Shown: piece after piece, positions 62,247 to 64,000 of the stretch
Layout of the letters: each line of letters starts with the position of its first letter
Numbering within the stretch: the first letter of the stretch is position 1
IMG/VR virus record: IMGVR_UViG_3300042691_050360
Span: 102,523 to 166,522 of that record
From: a virus
Length of the DNA: 64,000 nucleotides
Direction: 5' to 3' (one strand)
Notes under the pieces: generated by a model
Told to the model about the DNA's origin: nothing
Seen by the model: only the letters and a program-made list of their open reading frames with translations
Databases searched by the model: none
Position numbers and translations under genes: made by a program

Positions 62247-62597
62247 ATGTACAAATCTGTTTTCTTTGGAATGCCCGAAAAATGCCCTAATAGGAATTGT
62301 AGATCGATCTTCTATCGAGATTCTCACAAAGGCTTTCTACCAAAAAATGAGATTGAAATTTATGCAGTAATGAGATGTCCGTCATGCCGAGACACTTTCT
62401 TAATTTCACAAATGCTACACATGGTTCATGAATACAAAATGGAATTACCCGAGAGAACCGTGGAAAAGAATTCAATAAAATTATTTACATCTGACGATAA
62501 AGTTGTGTTTAGAAAAGAACTGTTCGCTGATGATAACCCGCTCTGGACACTCTATGACGGGTATTATCCAGGTTCCACAGACAATCCAGAGGATTAA
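62247..62597 (+). CDS. putative zinc-binding hypothetical protein
   Basis: CPNRNC...CPSC; AGGAG SD. Confidence 0.75.
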   Translation: MYKSVFFGMPEKCPNRNCRSIFYRDSHKGFLPKNEIEIYAVMRCPSCRDTFLISQMLHMVHEYKMELPERTVEKNSIKLFTSDDKVVFRKELFADDNPLWTLYDGYYPGSTDNPED

Positions 62598-62613
62598 AAT
62601 GTACAATTAAGCC

Positions 62614-64000
62614 ATGGGCATAATTGTTGGTTGCGACTTGGGAACAACAAATTCTGTAGTTTGTTTCAGGGATAAGCTGGGTAAATCTATCTTCATAAAG
62701 GATGAATCTGGAAGTGTCTTAATTCCATCTGTTGTGTGCCATGGAGATAAATATTATGTTGGAACGGAAGCTGTCGAAAATGAAGAAAACTTTCCTCAAG
62801 AAACCATAAGGTCTTCCAAAAGATATATAGGCGATGCATCAAGCCCGATTGATGCTACTTCTGTTGCATCTAAAATACTAGCGTATTTAAAATCAATTAC
62901 AGAATCTCAATTAAAAGAAACAGTTGACGGAATTGTCATAACAGTTCCCGCTTATTTCAATCAGAACCAAAGACTTGAAACTAAGAAAGCCGCAGAATCT
63001 GCAGGGCTTAATGTCTTGAGAATCATTAACGAGCCCACAGCCGCTGCACTTGCTTATGGAGAGGAGGCTAAGCTTAATGAGCTTGTTTTGGTTTACGATC
63101 TTGGTGGTGGCACCTTCGATGTAACACTACTTGAGTTATCCGAAGATAATGTATACCAAGTTCTGAGTACGTCGGGTGATACAAAGCTCGGTGGAGACGA
63201 TTTTGATAACCTTCTGGCAGATTATATATCTAGTTCTATTCCACATCATGTGAAAACTTTTAAAGATTTTGATGTTAGGCTTAAAAAATTTGCAGAAGAA
63301 ATAAAGATACAACTTAATTACAAAACGCAAGTTGTAAAAACCCTTAAATATTGTGGCTCATTAGATGGCAAGCTGTATCACCACAAAGTTGATATTACCA
63401 AAGAAACCTATGAATGGATGATCCAGAATCTTCTCATTAAGACAAAATCTCACGTTCTTAATGCACTAAATGATGCTGATAGAAAAATATCACAACTTTC
63501 TAAAATAATCTTAGTTGGTGGAAGCACAAAGTCAAAATTTGTGAGAGATTATGTTTCTAAGAACTTTAATACAAAAATTTATTCTGATATCGACCCCGAT
63601 CTAACTGTGGCAGCTGGTGCGGCAAGTTTAGCCCACACAATCTCAGAGAAAACAGAGGGATCCGCGTTGCTTATAGATGTCACCCCGCTGTCTCTGGGCA
63701 TTGAAACCAAGGGCGGGCTGTTAAATAAAATCATCCCCCGCAATGCCAATATACCAGTATCTTCTGCTCAAGATTTTATCACAGCAGAAGATAACCAGGA
63801 AAGCGTAAATATTCGTATATATCAAGGTGAGCGTCCACTTGCTAAAGATAATGAGTTCCTTGGTGAATTTGTTCTTAGCGGTTTTGAAAAAAGACCCAAG
63901 GGTCAAACCAAGATTGTTGTTAAGTTTGACATAGATTCATCTGGTTTAATCACTGTATCTGCATTCGATAAAATATCCGGGATACAATCTGAAGTCACTC
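62614..64000 (+). CDS. dnaK: Hsp70/DnaK-family chaperone (3' end beyond the window)
   Basis: Not in the ORF track. Reads [14 protein letters not shown]...ITVPAYFN...[15 protein letters not shown]...[11 protein letters not shown]...LGGDDFD...LVGGST...[14 protein letters not shown]...TAEDNQ...IYQGER. Confidence 0.95.
   Translation, partial: MGIIVGCDLGTTNSVVCFRDKLGKSIFIKDESGSVLIPSVVCHGDKYYVGTEAVENEENFPQETIRSSKRYIGDASSPIDATSVASKILAYLKSITESQLKETVDGIVITVPAYFNQNQRLETKKAAESAGLNVLRIINEPTAAALAYGEEAKLNELVLVYDLGGGTFDVTLLELSEDNVYQVLSTSGDTKLGGDDFDNLLADYISSSIPHHVKTFKDFDVRLKKFAEEIKIQLNYKTQVVKTLKYCGSLDGKLYHHKVDITKETYEWMIQNLLIKTKSHVLNALNDADRKISQLSKIILVGGSTKSKFVRDYVSKNFNTKIYSDIDPDLTVAAGAASLAHTISEKTEGSALLIDVTPLSLGIETKGGLLNKIIPRNANIPVSSAQDFITAEDNQESVNIRIYQGERPLAKDNEFLGEFVLSGFEKRPKGQTKIVVKFDIDSSGLITVSAFDKISGIQSEVT

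Noticed and set aside
10991-63906. Many 60-116 aa ORFs nested in or antisense to the long genes
   Set aside because: They are off-frame shadows of long coding sequences with no independent evidence.
1-64000. Stop-codon reassignment or a suppressor tRNA
   Set aside because: Standard-code ORFs tile the window densely and TAA, TAG and TGA all end genes. The TAG anticodon is Leu (reads CUA), not an amber suppressor.

Overview
This AT-rich window looks like a fragment of a large (jumbo-type) tailed bacteriophage genome using the standard genetic code. Positions 1-8153 are mostly minus-strand. They hold small hypothetical genes, the 5' end of a probable dCMP deaminase, six CCA-ending tRNAs (Pro-UGG, Tyr-GUA, Leu-UAG, Leu-GAG, His-GUG, Ala-UGC), a repeat-rich putative homing endonuclease and a probable neck/adaptor protein. 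Positions 8294-57724 are a plus-strand block of very large virion proteins (up to 4203 aa) with a hub-like protein and NHL, RCC1, BNR, VWA and Hint domains. A subtilisin, a trypsin-like protease, DnaJ, an SF2 helicase and a partial DnaK follow. The main finding is a 17-codon leader ORF (1670-1617, minus strand) upstream of the tRNA array. It carries six consecutive codons (CAT CTA TAT CCA GCA CTC), one for each downstream tRNA, and sits inside a classic protector/antiterminator/terminator structure. This appears to be a ribosome-stalling attenuator that turns on phage replacement tRNAs when any of the matching host tRNAs is depleted. All domain calls come from motif recognition by eye; no searches were run.
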